Assembly: GCF_009914755.1 (NCBI RefSeq)
Contig: NC_060929.1
Source of the DNA: the human T2T-CHM13v2.0 reference genome, Homo sapiens
DNA length: 64,000 nucleotides
Strand: one strand, 5' to 3'
Both the position numbers and the translations under genes were made by a program. Shown here one piece after another: positions 14,331 through 27,715 of this stretch (position 1 is the stretch's first letter; the number at the start of each line of letters is the position of its first letter). The notes beneath the pieces were generated by a model. The model was not told where the DNA came from. It made no database searches and saw only the letters and a program-made list of their open reading frames with translations.

Positions 14331-16793
14331 ACCACAGCTGGTAAAGATCCCTCTAAACCCTGAATCCTCTTGGTGATTTATCCTAATTTAATAGAAATAA
14401 TGATGGCCTGCTTTGTGCCATACATATTTGCATGCCCATTTCCCCCTCAACACATGGACCACGTCTTTTAGATTTTTTAGGTCTTTCTGAATGATTTAGA
14501 ACTCAATGGTTCTTGGACATAATAGATTCCCAGTAAATGATACAGGAAATAAGAAAAGAAAGGAAAGAGAAAGTGAGCCCTCCAGATTCATGTCTTTTAA
14601 AATATGTATTTAATAAGATGTGCTTAACTAAGTTCTCATACATAGGAAATCATATCAGAAATCATGTGTTATTGCCAAAAATATGACATAACTATATAGA
14701 AAAGGAGTTTCCAGCAGGTAAATCAGGCTCGGCCAGTAGACCTTGACTTATCTGGTTCACCAGCAGCCAGCTACCATTTTAGCATTCACCCTGGTGTCAC
14801 TTACCAGTAGATACAGAGAGAGCCTACACTGAAACCTTCTACACTATTCTACCCAAGAATTTCATTACCTGCTTTCCCACTCACCTAACTATCTAACATC
14901 TCCCTTCTTATTCCCCTGAAAATAAATTTTAAGTCTTCATGGAATTAAAAATTAGTATGTCTCAAAATCTTTGAGAACTCTTGACATAGATTAGGTCTTG
15001 GAAACACCCATCCCATCAATGACACTCTGATGAAAAAACAATTAAGATGAAAAGCACAAGGGCTAATCATAAATGACACAATTCTCCCTTCTACTTGATA
15101 CTTTAATATTGTTACTGACTGATCATGATTTTATTCAGTGCAATGTCCCCCAAACATTCAAACAAAATTATGGAATGTCAGGCATAATTTTTATTTACTG
15201 AATACCAAGATTCAGTATAAATGCTATATGCACATCCAGTCACTTTTAAGAAATGTTTGTGTCTCCTAGTGAAGTTGAATAAGAAAATCTGTGTTGCCAA
15301 ATTGCTATAAAAGTATATGTAGAAAATATTGGACAAGAAGTTTAATATCCACCAGTTTGTGGATTTATGGGTTAAGATCACATAAAGGAAAATTTGGTAC
15401 ACCCAATGCTATTACAATTATAATTCTGGCTTTATATCATATTTATGAAAGCATATTTATCAAAGGTCTTTGAATGTTATAAACTTATTTTGCAGGTGGC
15501 AAAACTAAGACAAAGTTTTATTATTGCACAAATTATTTAGTACAAAGTTTAAATGAGTCCATTGTTCTTTTCACTACATTATATATTTAGTTTCATATTG
15601 GCTTTGGGTGTGCTTTTATTATAGTCAGCACATGTGAAATCTTTTTTTGCTTTGATGATAACTACACTTCATAAAAAATAGCAAAGTGATAAGCATCTCA
15701 ACACAGCAACAATTTATTTAGGTATTGATCTTAGATCCATGGTCACTTGAAAATCCTTTGTCAACATGAAAAACTAAGATTGACTTGTGCCCGAAGAATA
15801 TGTATTCTTTTTTATGTAGAAGATAAATATGTATCATAAATATGTATCAGTTTGTCTGTTTAATTTGAAGCTATTATTAAATTTTCTTTGTTGTTACCAT
15901 TTTTGTTCATGTCAGCGAAATGAACATTATTCAAAGCTTTCAACTTTTAAAAATTTTATGAAATGATCAATGCACTTTTTGTGGTGAAATATAAAAGGCA
16001 ATGATAACTTGACCTACCAGTAAACAATTCTATATCTTATTTCAATCATGACTCACAAATCTTCAATTATGAGTATAAAGAAGACCTACAAAAATAATTG
16101 CTAGCATTTTCCTTTTGATATTAATGCATCCTACATTGAGTATTGTCTTGCATAAATTAAAATCAATGTTAATAATAAAGTTAAATTTGAGCAATGTAAG
16201 ACAGCTGGGAAAAGACAGTCATCAATTATTATCTCGCAAAAATACTGTCTTATTAGTCATTTTGGTATGTAATTGATACTATCCTCTCTGCTTATAGCAC
16301 CCTCAGCTCTGTTTCCTCATGGAGTGTTTAATAAAATTATGAAGGCAGCCAATTTATGCAGAAGTTTCTACATATCTATTCAACTACCAGAATTACTTGC
16401 TTGACTGAGGTAATACCACAAACATAATACTTAAGTCATGAGGTTGTTCTGAGAGCTTCTCAATTTCCTGAGGTAGAACAACTTTTTTATCTAAGTAAAG
16501 GAAAAAATCATACAGATATTTGGATTAGTCATTTATGTCATGAACATCTGCATCTAATCTCTTGCATCAGATCCATGTTACTACATTCTCAAAAGTGAAT
16601 TTGCAGTTCTTTGCCTTGTAATTTTCTGTTTTTGTGTACTTCTTCTTAATGGTAAATGGATTGGACATTATCAGTGTGGTATCCCTCATTCTAAGCCCAG
16701 TGTCTGGCACAGCATAAGTATAACTTAGAGTTTGTAGCAGAATGTTTACTGTTTACCACAGCATTCATAATACTCCTGATACTGGAATATATG

Positions 16794-17167
16794 TGATATG
16801 GTTTAGCTCTGTGTCCCCACTCAAATCTCACCTTGAATTGCAGTTTCCATAATCCCCACATGTTGTGGAAGGGACCTAGTGGGAGGTAATTTCATCATGT
16901 GGGCAGTTACCCTCATGCTGTTCTCGTGATAGTGAGTTCTCATGAGATCTGATGGTTTTATAAGGGGCTTTTCTCCCTTTTGCTCAGCACTTCTCCTTGC
17001 TGCTGCCATATGAAGAAGGACATGTTTGCCTCCCCATCTGCCATGATTGTAAGTTTCCTGAGGCCTCCCCAGCCCTTCAGAACTGTGAATCAATTAAGCC
17101 TCTTTCCTTTACAAATTACCCAGCCTCAGGTATGTCTTTATTAGCAGTGTGAAAATAGACTAATACA
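16794..17167 (+). mobile_element. THE1 (MaLR) solo LTR, THE1C/D-like
   Basis: TGATATGGTTT...GACTAATACA termini; flanks ATATG/ATTTG (4/5 TSD). Confidence 0.9.
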
Positions 17168-17481
17168 ATTTGTTATCAATATTAGAATGTGTACTGGGTA
17201 AACTCTCAGTATGGGATAGATGAATGAAACAGAAATATTGATGGAGTATATGTATCATTCATCTTTGAAACTATATAAGCCATTTAACTTCTATTTGTAA
17301 TTAAATGTTGTAGTTATAATGTGAGTTGAACAATAATTTTTGCAACATCAGCAAATATTTTTAAACTCTAGCCTTCTTATTTCAAGCAATAGTAATATTC
17401 TGGTATAATTTAAAATATGTATAATTTTATGATACTCATTGTGCTAGCATTTGATTTGGACTCTTAATTATACACTTGTGA

Positions 17482-19858
17482 TTTTTTTTTAAGTTCAAGG
17501 GTACATGTGCAGGTTTGGTATATAAGTAAACTCATGCCATGGGGGTTTGTTGTACTGATTATTTTGCCACCCAGGTGTTAAGCCAAATACTCATTAGTTA
17601 TGTTTCCTGATCCTCTCCTTCCTCCCACCCTCCACCCTCAGGTAGGCCTCAGTGTGTGTTGTTCCCCTCTGTGTGCCCACGCGTTCTCATCATTTAGCTC
17701 CCACTTAAAAGTAACAATGTCTGGTATTTGGTTTCCTGTTCCTGCATTAGTTTGCTAAGGATAATGGCCTCCAGCTCAACTCATGTTCCTGCAAAGGACA
17801 TGATCTTTTCTTTTTTATGGTTGCATAGTAATTCATAGTGTATATGTACCACATTTTCTTTATCCAGTCTACCGTTGATGAACATTATGTTGATTCCATG
17901 TCTTTCCTATTGTGAATAGTGCTGCAATGAACATACATATGTGTCTTGATGGTAGAATGATTTATATTCCTTTGAGTATATGCCCAGCAATGAGATTGCT
18001 CAGTCAAATGGTAGTTCTGTTTTTAGTTCTTTGAGAAATCACCATACTGCTTTCCACAATGGCTGAACTAATTTACATTCCCATGAGCAGTGTATAAGTA
18101 TTCTCTTTTCTCTGTAACCTCACCAGCATCTGTTATTTTTTGACGTTTTAACAACAGCCATTCTGTCTGATGTGAAATGGTATATCATCGTGGTTTGGAT
18201 TTCATTTCTCTAATGATAAGTGACATTCAGCTTTTCTTCATATGTTTTTTTTTTGGCTGCATGTCTTCTTTTGAAAAGTGTTTGCTCATGTCCTTTGCCC
18301 ACTTTTTAATGGGGTTGTTTATTTCTTGTCCATTTATTTAAGTTCCTTGTAGATGCTAGATACTGGACCTTTGTCAAATGCTCTCAAATGAGAGCATTCC
18401 CCTTGGCTTTTCTCCCATTCAGGAGGTTGACTGCTTACTCTGTTGAGAGTTCCTTTTGCTGTACAGAAGCTTTTTTTTTTTTCTTTGAGATGCAGTCTCG
18501 TTCTGTCACCCAGGCTGGAGTGCAGTGGGGCAATCTTGGCTCACTGAAACCTTTGCCTCCTGGGTTCAAGCAATTCTCCTGCCTCAGCCTCCCGAGTACC
18601 TAGGACTACAGGCACATGCCACCACGCCCAGCTAATTTTTATATTTTTAATAGAGACAGGGTTTCACCATGTTGGCTAGGATGGTCTCGATCTTTTGACC
18701 TCCTGATCCGCCGTCCTCAGCCTCCCAAAGTGCTGGGATAACAGTATGAGCCACCGTGCCTGGCAGAAGCTCTTCAGTTTAATTAGATCCCAATTGTCAA
18801 TTTTTGCTTTTGTTGCAATTGCTTTTGGTGACTTCAACATGAAATCTTTGCCAGTTCCTATGTCCAGAATGTTATTGCTTAGGTGGTCTTCCAGGGTTTT
18901 TATAGCTTTGTCTTTAATCCATTTTGAGTTGATTTTTGGATGTGATGTAAGGAAGGGATCCAGTTTCAATCTTCTGTATATGGCTAGCCAGTTATAACAG
19001 CACCATTTATTGAATAGGTAGACCTTTCCCTATCACTTGTTTTTGTCAGCATTGTCAAAGATCAGATACTTGTAGGTGTTAAGTCCTTTTTTCTGGGCTT
19101 TCTACTATGTTTTATTGGTCTATGTGTCTGTTTTTGTGTCAGTACCATGCTGTTTGGTTACTGTAGCCCTGTAGCATAGTTTGAAGTCAGCTAGCACTAT
19201 GCCTCCAACTTTTTCTTTTTGCTTAGGATTGCCTTAGCTATTGGGTCCCATTTGTGGTTCATATACATTTTTAAATAGTTTTTTCTAGTTATGTGAAGAA
19301 TGTCATTGGTAATTTAATACGCACAGCATTCAATCTATAAATTGCCCTGGGCAGTATGGCCATTTTAATGATGTTGATTCTTCCTATCCATGAGCATGGA
19401 ATATTTTTCCATTTGTATGAATCATCTCTGATTTCTTCCAGCAGTGTTTTGTAGTTCTCCTTGTAGGTATCTTTCACCTCTCTGGTTAGCTGTATTCCTA
19501 GATATTTAATTCCTTTTGTAGCAATTATGAAAAAGATTGTGTTCCTGAATTGGCCCTTGGCATGACTATTGTTAGTGTATAGGAATGATGGTGATTTTTG
19601 TATGTTAATTTTGTATCCTGAGACTTTGCTGAAGTTTCTTATCAGCTTCAGGAGCTTTTGGGCCAAGACTATGGGGTTTTCCAGATATAAGAACAGGTCA
19701 TCTGCAAACAGGGATCATTTGAATTCCTCTATTCCTATTTGGATGCCTTTTATTTCTTTCTCTTGCCTGATTGGTCTGGCCAGGACCTCCAATGCTACAT
19801 TGAATAGGAGTGGTGAGACAGAGCATCCTTGTCTTATGAAGGTTTTCAAGGGGAATGC
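17482..19858 (-). mobile_element. 5'-truncated L1 (L1PA13-16-like) containing an Alu
   Basis: Antisense 3'UTR (GGGTACATGTGCAGGTTTG...) and ORF2 fragments ([32 protein letters not shown]); possible TSD TGTGAT(T/A)TTT at 17477-17486 and 19859-19868. Confidence 0.9.
18472..18763 (-). mobile_element. Alu (AluSc-like) nested in L1
   Basis: Poly-T plus antisense dimer; TSD CAGAAGCT at 18464-18471 and 18764-18771. Confidence 0.93.
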
Positions 19859-20057
19859 TGTGATATTTAACATATCTTTAGATATTGAAATGAGAGCATT
19901 CCCTTTGGCTTTCTTGGTAAATCTCTAATGAGGAAAATAGATTTTGAATGCTAATTTACATTCTATTAGTAACACACCACATGACAATTTTTTTTCTTGC
20001 TGTTAGCTAGGATCATTTTAGACCTCTTGTATGACCCTGTGAGAAACAGACAAACCT

Positions 20058-20345
20058 GGCCGGGTGCAGTGGCTCATGCCTATAATCCCAGCACTTGGGA
20101 GGCTGAGGCAGAAGGATCACTTGCAGTCAGGAGTTTCAGACCAGCCTGGCCAACACAGTGAAACCTCGTCTCTACTAAAAATACAAAAATTAGCCGGGCA
20201 TGGTGGCAGGCACCTGTAATACCAACTACTTCGGAGGCTAAGGTAGGCGAATCACTTCAACTGAGGAGGCAGAGGTTGCAGTGAGCTGCGTCACTGCACT
20301 CCAGCCTGGGCAACAGAGTGAGACTCCATCTCAAAAAAAAGAAAA
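20058..20345 (+). mobile_element. AluS-like
   Basis: Dimer; TSD AGAAA(C/T)AGACAAACCT at 20042-20057 and 20346-20361. Confidence 0.95.
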
Positions 20346-20744
20346 AGAAATAGACAAACCTGTTTTATTGATTGTCACAAACCACATAAGTTAGTGAGTT
20401 AAAAAAATAAAATAATTCTGGCAAACAGTGAATCCCAGTCTTTCCTACTATATAGGTCATGAAAAATTATGTCTGCTTGAATTCACCAATCATCTTAGTC
20501 TTAACATAAGCATTTTTTTCATTTCAACTATTTTTATTTACAATTTTAAAAAATATTTAATATTATATTGCAGTAGTCAAAAGAACATAAGTGAATATTA
20601 TAAAATCTTTCTTTTGGTTTTGTATATTCCAGGCTATCAGGGTTATCTCTGTCAATATCAACGACTTTTAGAGAGGATTATACATATACGAGATGTGGAA
20701 GACAAGTACTGGACATGTACTGATCAAAACAAGCATTCTAAGTT

Positions 20745-21035
20745 GGCAAGGAGCAGTGGCTTATGTCTGAAATCTCAGTATTTTGGAAGACTGAGACAAG
20801 AAGATTGCTTAAATACAGAAGTTTGAGACCAGCCTGTGAAACACAGTGAGAACCTGTCTCTACAAAAAAAAATGAATTATTAGACAGGTGTGGTGATGTG
20901 CAGCTATAATTCCAGCTACTCGGAAGGCCGAGGTGGGAGGATCACTTCAGCCTGGGAGATCGAGGCTGCAGTGAACCATGACCACATCGCTGCACTCCGG
21001 CCTGGGAGATAGAGCAAGACCACATCTCTTTAAAA
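20745..21035 (+). mobile_element. AluJ-like
   Basis: Diverged dimer with J diagnostics (GAGGCTGCAGTGAACCATGA); its tail abuts the next L1. Confidence 0.88.
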
Positions 21036-21036
21036 C

Positions 21037-23229
21037 AAACTCTCAATAAACTAGGTATTGATGGAACGTATCTCAAAATAATAAGAGCTATTTATGACAA
21101 ACCCACAGCCAATATCACACTGAATGGGCAAAAGTTGGAAGCATTTCCTTTGAAAACCAGCCCAAGACAAGGATGCCCTCTCTCACCACTCCTATTCAAC
21201 AAAGTATTGGAAGTTCTGACCAGGGCAATCAGGCAAGAGAAAGCAATAAAGCGTATTCAAATAGGAAGAGAGGAAGTCAAATTGTCTCTGTTTGCAGATT
21301 ACATGATTGTATATTTAGAAAACCCCATCATCTCAGCCCAAAATCTCCTTAGGCTGATAAGCAACTTCAACAAAGTCTCAGGATACAAAATCAATGTGCA
21401 AAAATCACAAGGATTCCTATACACCAATAACAGACAGAGAGCCAAATCATGAGTGAACTCCCATTCACAATTGCTACAAAGAGAATAAAAACCTAGGAAT
21501 AAAACTTACAATGGATGTGAAGGACCTCTTCGAGGAGAACTACAAACCACTGCTCAAGGAAATAAGAGAGGACACAAACAAATGGAAAAACATTCCATGC
21601 TCATGGATAGGAAGAATCAATATTGTGAAAATGGTCATAATGCCCAAACTAATTTATAGATTCAATGCTATCCCCATCAAGCTACCATTGACTTTCTTCA
21701 TAGATTTAGAAAAAACTACTTTAAATTTCATATGGAACCCAGAAAAAGCCCACATTGCCAATACAATCCTAAGCAAAAAGAACGAAGCTGGAGACATTGC
21801 ACTACCTGACTTCAAACTATGCTACAAGGCTACAGTAACCAAAACAGCATGGTATTGGTACCAAAACAGATATATAGACCAATGAAACAGAACAGAGGCC
21901 TCAGAAATAACACTACACATCTACAACCATCTGATCTTCGACAAACCTTACAGAAACAAAGAATGGGGAAAGGATTCCCTATTTAATAAATGGTTCTGGG
22001 AAAACTGGCTAGCCATATGCTGAAAACTGAAACTGGACCCCTACCTTACACCTAATACAAAAATTAACTCAAGATGGATTAAAGACCTAAACATAAGAAC
22101 TAAAACCATAAAAACCCTAGAAGGAAACCTAGGCAATACCATTCAGAATATAGGCATAGACAAAGGCTTCATGACTAACACACCAAAAGCAATGGCAACA
22201 AAAGCCAAAATTGACAAATAGGACCTAATTAAACTAAAGAACTTCAGTACAACAAAAGAAACTATCATCAGAGTAAACAGGCAACCTACAGAATGGGAGA
22301 AAATTTTTGCAATCTATCCATCTGACAAAGGGCTAAGATCCAGAATCTACAAAGAACTTAAACAAATTTACAAGAAAAAATGACAACCACATCAAAAAGT
22401 GGATGAAGGGTATGAACAGACACTTCTCAAAAGAAGACATATATGCGGCCAACAAACATATGAAAAAATGCTCATCATCACTGATCATTAGAGAAATGCA
22501 AATCAAAACCACAATAAGATACTATCTCATGCCATTTAGAATGGTGATCATTGAAAAGTCAGGAAACAATAGATGCTGGAGAGGATGTGGGGAAATAGGA
22601 ATGCTTTTAAAATGTTGGTGGGAGTGTAAATTAGTTCAACCATTGTGGAAGACAGTGTGGTGATTCCTCAAGGATCTAGAACCAGAAAGACCATTTGAAC
22701 CAGCAATCCCATTACTGGGTATATACCCAAAGGATTATAAATCATTCTACTATAAAGACACATGCACACATATGTTTATTGCAGCACTGTTCACAATAGC
22801 AAAGAGTTGGAACCAACCCAAATGCCCATCAATGATAGACTGGATAAAGAAAATGTGGCACATATACACCATGGAATACTATGCAGCCATAAAAAAGGAT
22901 GAGTTTATGTCCTTTGCAGGGATGTGGATGAAGCTGGAAACCATCATTCTCAGCAAACTAACACAAGAACAGAAAATCAAACATCGCATGTTCTCACTCA
23001 TAAGTGGGAGTTGAACAGTGAGAACACATGGACACAGGGAGGGGAACATCACATACTGGGGCCTGTCGGGGGTTGGGGGGCTATGGGAGGGATAGTATTA
23101 GGAGAAATACCTAATGTAGATGATGGGTTGATGGGTATAGCAAATCACCATGTCACGTGTATACATACCTATGTAACAAACCTGCACGTTCTGCACATGT
23201 ATCCCAGAACTTAAAGTATAATAAAAAAA
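21037..23229 (+). mobile_element. 5'-truncated L1PA7-like
   Basis: ORF2 RT to C-terminal fragments ([30 protein letters not shown]); 3'UTR AATGTAGATGATGGGTTGATGGG...GTATCCCAGAACTTAAAGTATAATAAAA. Confidence 0.92.
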
Positions 23230-23306
23230 TTTTTTAATCTAATTTAAAATTTAAGTTTCTAATGGCAGCTTTGTTATATTGATTCTTTTTCAGAAAAGAT
23301 GGTTCC

Positions 23307-23614
23307 TTTTTTTATATTTATGTATTTATTTAGAGATGGAGCTTGGCTCTTGTTGCCCAGGCTGCAGTGCAATGGCGTGATCTCGGCTCACTGCAACCTC
23401 TGACTCCCGGGTTCAGGTGATTCTCCTGCCTCAGCCTCCCGAGTAGCTGGGATTACAGACATGTGCCACCACACGTGGCTAATTTTGTATTTTTAGTAGA
23501 GACAGGGTTTCTCCATGTTGGTCAGGCTGGTCTCAAACTCCTGGCCTCAGGTGATCCGCCCACCTCAGCCTCCCAAAGTGCTGGTATTATAGGCATGAGC
23601 CACCGTGCCCGGCC
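23307..23614 (-). mobile_element. AluSp/Sq-like
   Basis: GCTCTTGTTGCCC and CTCCATGTTGGTCAGG diagnostics; TSD AGATGGTT at 23297-23304 and 23615-23622. Confidence 0.93.
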
Positions 23615-25296
23615 AGATGGTTACATTTTTAAACTCCCATTTATTAAGAATTCTGGCTGGACGAAGCCAATTTTTTATTATTGAAAACTCTAATCATAAA
23701 TAAACCTGTAACATTTGAGTTCCATTTTGCTGAAATGATTTTGAAAAAAGTTAAAACAACGATAATTTGGTAGTGTCCATAAAGATTCCCAGACTAAAAT
23801 AGAATTAAACCATAGATATTTCTAAGGCTATAAAGTAAAAAGTTATTCCATGAAAAAATATGTTAATAATAAACCAGCCAATCTGTTTAAAAAGAGTATA
23901 TGTAATTGAAAATATCGTGATGCAACAAAGTATGTCTACACCATTTCTATCTAGAATTCTGTATTATTTGGGGCACAGCATAATTTTTACACATCTAGTT
24001 GACAAATTTATTTCTTATGTTAGAGAAGGATAAAGAGAACACCTTGGTTAACATTTGGAATCAAAGTTCAAATACATCTTCCAAGATCACCTGGTCCTGC
24101 TGCAGATCATGCTCCCTTATACCCTTATATGTGCATGGCTCAGCTTGACCTCAAATTGCCCTGAAGTCAATGACAGTTCTGCACACTAAGAAAGCAAATT
24201 GGTCCTTTGATCATAGCTATTCACTCTCACAACAGGGAAAGGCTAAAAGAGAAAAAGAATTACTCAGCTGTTAGAGGAAAAAGTTTTTTTTAATTCCAAA
24301 AATACGTTGAAAAAAGTGAAATAAAACAGACTTATTCCAACTTTTAGGCTCACAGTTATCATTTTAAATCATTACTGAAAAATTTATTGAACCCAAAACA
24401 TGTTTAGTGAATTATTATTGTTAATTCATGTTGAACCACTTTGGAGAAAATCCTCAGAATGATCTCCTTTCCTGCTTGCTCAGGAAATACCTGGGTTGAA
24501 AAAAAATCAATTTCATCAATAAACATATGTATGCATGTGCCAACATAAAGGTGGCAAACTATTAGATTCTCCCAAATCTGTACAAAAACAAAGTTAGCAG
24601 CATACCAGGCCTCATAGCAGTCTGTGTTTCCCACACTAGAGATTTTTTACTGACAAGAAGCTATGATTTGTGTTACCAAAAAATGTCAGCTCCTAATTTG
24701 GATGAAGCTGAGGTGAATTATACATAGGTCATTAGCAGCAGTGTGGTCTACAGTGTATGAAGGATCTCAACAAAATTCAACCACTGACATGGTAAGTGCT
24801 TTGAATAAGTCAATCATCATTCCTCTCCCTCAGTTTAAGCATTCAAAAAAATAGGGGTGTGTAGTGAACTCATTATCAATGTATGATGTGTACCTGTAAA
24901 TTATTTTAGTTTCTTTTAGCAAAAACATCAAACAAAGAGAACATATTCCTGTTCGTCTATAGTGACCATTATTTAGTTTACTTTGAAGCCAAAATGTGGT
25001 TCTTCCCACATTTTTCAGCCTCCCTGAGTCACTGTTGCCTAGCTGTTTCTGTCTGGTTTGTTTTCTAAATGATTATTTGTAATAATTTGCTAGTCAACTC
25101 TTAGAGAATATTTTATATCCTTTTCTATCTAGAGAACTAACCCCCAAAAAAGCTGGGGAAGTGGGGATAGGGTGCTGTCTGCATCATTTTAACACTTGTA
25201 TCAAGAAGTGGGAAATTTCCAGTCAAAGAGGCCACAGTTCCTTCTCTTTTAGGGAACAAAGATGGGATTGGGGCTAGTTCCCTGATCTCCACTGAG

Positions 25297-25298
<2 letters not shown>

Positions 25299-25331
<33 letters not shown>
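25299..25331. repeat. (CT)16 microsatellite
   Basis: Perfect CT run. Confidence 0.95.
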
Positions 25332-25334
<3 letters not shown>

Positions 25335-26811
25335 ATTTTACCTATTGTTTCTTAATAGGTAAAAGCTTGTACTCCTATAGAGAAATCCAAGCATGGACTA
25401 GAGCTAGGACTAGAAATAGAAAAATAAGAAATGACACAAAGCAATGTAGAACCATGAGACAAACAAGGACAGATAGTTCAGCTAAGATTCCAAAACAGCC
25501 AGGTATCACAGAGTGCTTAAGTTCTAAGTGGAGGAACCACTGGGCTAGAATGAAGTTTATCAGATGAAATTCAAAATCGTGAAAGCAGTGAAGCCAAAGA
25601 CAGCTAAGGTCATCTGTAAAAGAAACAGTACTGAGAATAATGCCAGGAATTCTAGACCAGCTATCTCTCAAATACATTCTACTGGTAGCAAAGAAATGAA
25701 ACCAGAGAATAAATGTGACTTGTTCTATAAAAATGAATCATCTCGTCTGGCAAGGCAACTCAAAACACCTACTTCAACCTTATATTGTTTAACTCTATGG
25801 TAACCAAAAGTTCCATATTACATGTATTGTCAAGCAACATAAACAGTTTTTTGTATAATAGAATTGTTATGTAATGAGATGGAGCTAAGACTGGCAATAA
25901 TAAGAGCCCACTATACATGAAAGGTGAGCCTATACCGCATTCCCAACCTGTCTTTCTCAGGGAGGCTTGAAGAACATTTTATGAAGGAAGAAAATCCATT
26001 AGAATTGACTTTCCTAAGAGATTCCAGTAGCAAAGATTTTGAAAAGCTAAAGCATAAGCAGAGAAACTTAGTCTGAGCCACAGAAGGAAAACAAGACAAA
26101 TAAAATTTTCATGAACCAAAGTCTGCTTGTCTTGGACATTTTGCAAATGGAAAACATTGCATTATATTAAACCTTAAGTTGTTTATTTAAGAGTGATATT
26201 TAACATTTTGAATTTACACCATCACCATTTCATAAATATCACAGCCAGTCCATTTAAACTTCTTCCCTCATTCTCATACCAACAGGAAAGCTGAATAGGA
26301 AAAACACATCTAGCCAGCTACAGGTAATTTAATTTTTTATTTGAAAAATCAAATCAAAAATTTAGGACTGTGGGCAAGGGATAGGGAACAAGAAGAGTAT
26401 ATCTAAAAGTAATAGGGAACAATATATATCTTTTGAGGATGTGGTCAAAATGACCAGAGGCGGACCATTATAGTAGCCACCCATAATTGAAAATACTGAA
26501 GTTGCCCAATTTTGAGTACTCTCATCCATAGCAAAAACCCATGGAATGCCAGCTGTCATTGTTTTGGCACAGACGGTATTGTTTCTTCTCCTTCCAGGCC
26601 CACACATCTCCCTTGCTTTCCTTGGTTATTTTTATAAGCCAACAAGCCCTCCTTACAATTCTCCCTCCTTACAACTCTCTGAAGTGTGGTCCCTTTGAGA
26701 TTTCCTACCTATTAATAACTTTTTTATGCTTCTATGAGAATAGCTAAAATTTACTAGGCAGGAGAATTTATCCTTATTTATTCTAAAGGTAATATAAAAG
26801 AGATTCTAAGG

Positions 26812-26945
26812 CAGGGTCTCCACATTTAGCCACGTGAGATGGACTGTGTACTACACAGTATCATACAACTCCATGAGATGACATTTACGTGGACAGAAAT
26901 AGCACCTCCAGGAGTAAAATGTGGTGGTTCCATGCATGTGTCCAT
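26812..26945. mobile_element. MER91-like hAT relic
   Basis: ACAACTCCATGAGATGACATTTAC...AATAGCACCTCCAGGAG resembles the palindromic MER91 core. Confidence 0.4.
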
Positions 26946-27189
26946 GGAAGTACAGAGAGTTTAAAAATCACATGAAACTTGTTCTCTCTTCTCAAACATC
27001 TTCTTAGTTTTCTTCTTTTAAAAAAGTGTGTAAATCACCCTTTTATTTTCAAGTTGTACAGTGAATTTCCATAGAACATGGTTTTCATATTCTTTCCTGA
27101 TACATTATTTAAAAAACTAAAGAGGGAAAAAATCTTAAATGTCCAATTTTCTTTACCAAAGAGAACATTTCAAAAAGAAGAAAGGTGTT

Positions 27190-27715
27190 AGACACATGCA
27201 CACGTATGTTTATTGCGGCACTATTCACAATAGCAAAGACTTGGAACCAACCCAAATGTCCAACAATGATAGACTGGATTAAGAAAATGTGGCATATATA
27301 CACCATGGAATACTATGCAGCCATAAAAAATGATGAGTTCATGTCCTTTGCAGGGACATGGATGAAATTGGAAATCATCATTCTCAGTAAACTATCGCAA
27401 GGACAAAAGACCAAACACCATATGTTCTCACTTATAGGTGGGAATTGAACAATGAGAACACATGGACACAGGAAGGGGAACATCACACTCTGGGGACTGT
27501 TGTGGAGTGGGGGGAGGGGGGAGGAATAGCATTAGGAGATATACCTAATGCTAAATGACGAGTTAATGGGTGCAGCGCACCAGCATGGCACATGTATACA
27601 TATGTAACTAACCTGCACATTGTGTACGTGTACCCTAAAATTTAAAGTATAATAATAATAAAATAAAATAAAAATAAAAAAATTTTTTAAAAGGTAGGAG
27701 AAGTCAAAAAAAAAG
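27190..27715 (+). mobile_element. Short 5'-truncated L1PA3-like with putative 3' transduction
   Basis: ORF2 end ([16 protein letters not shown]...SLIGGN); 3'UTR GCTAAATGACGAGTTAATGG; TSD AAGAAGAAA(G/A)GTGTT at 27175-27189 and 27716-27730. Confidence 0.93.

Noticed and set aside
24640-24791. Exon-like segment (CTAG acceptor, G|GTAAGT donor)
   Set aside because: Stops in all three frames and such motifs arise by chance; cannot support it without transcript data.
25367-25803. Overlapping Lys/Arg-rich ORFs in unique sequence
   Set aside because: Short, composition-driven, no recognisable domain or convincing splice boundaries.
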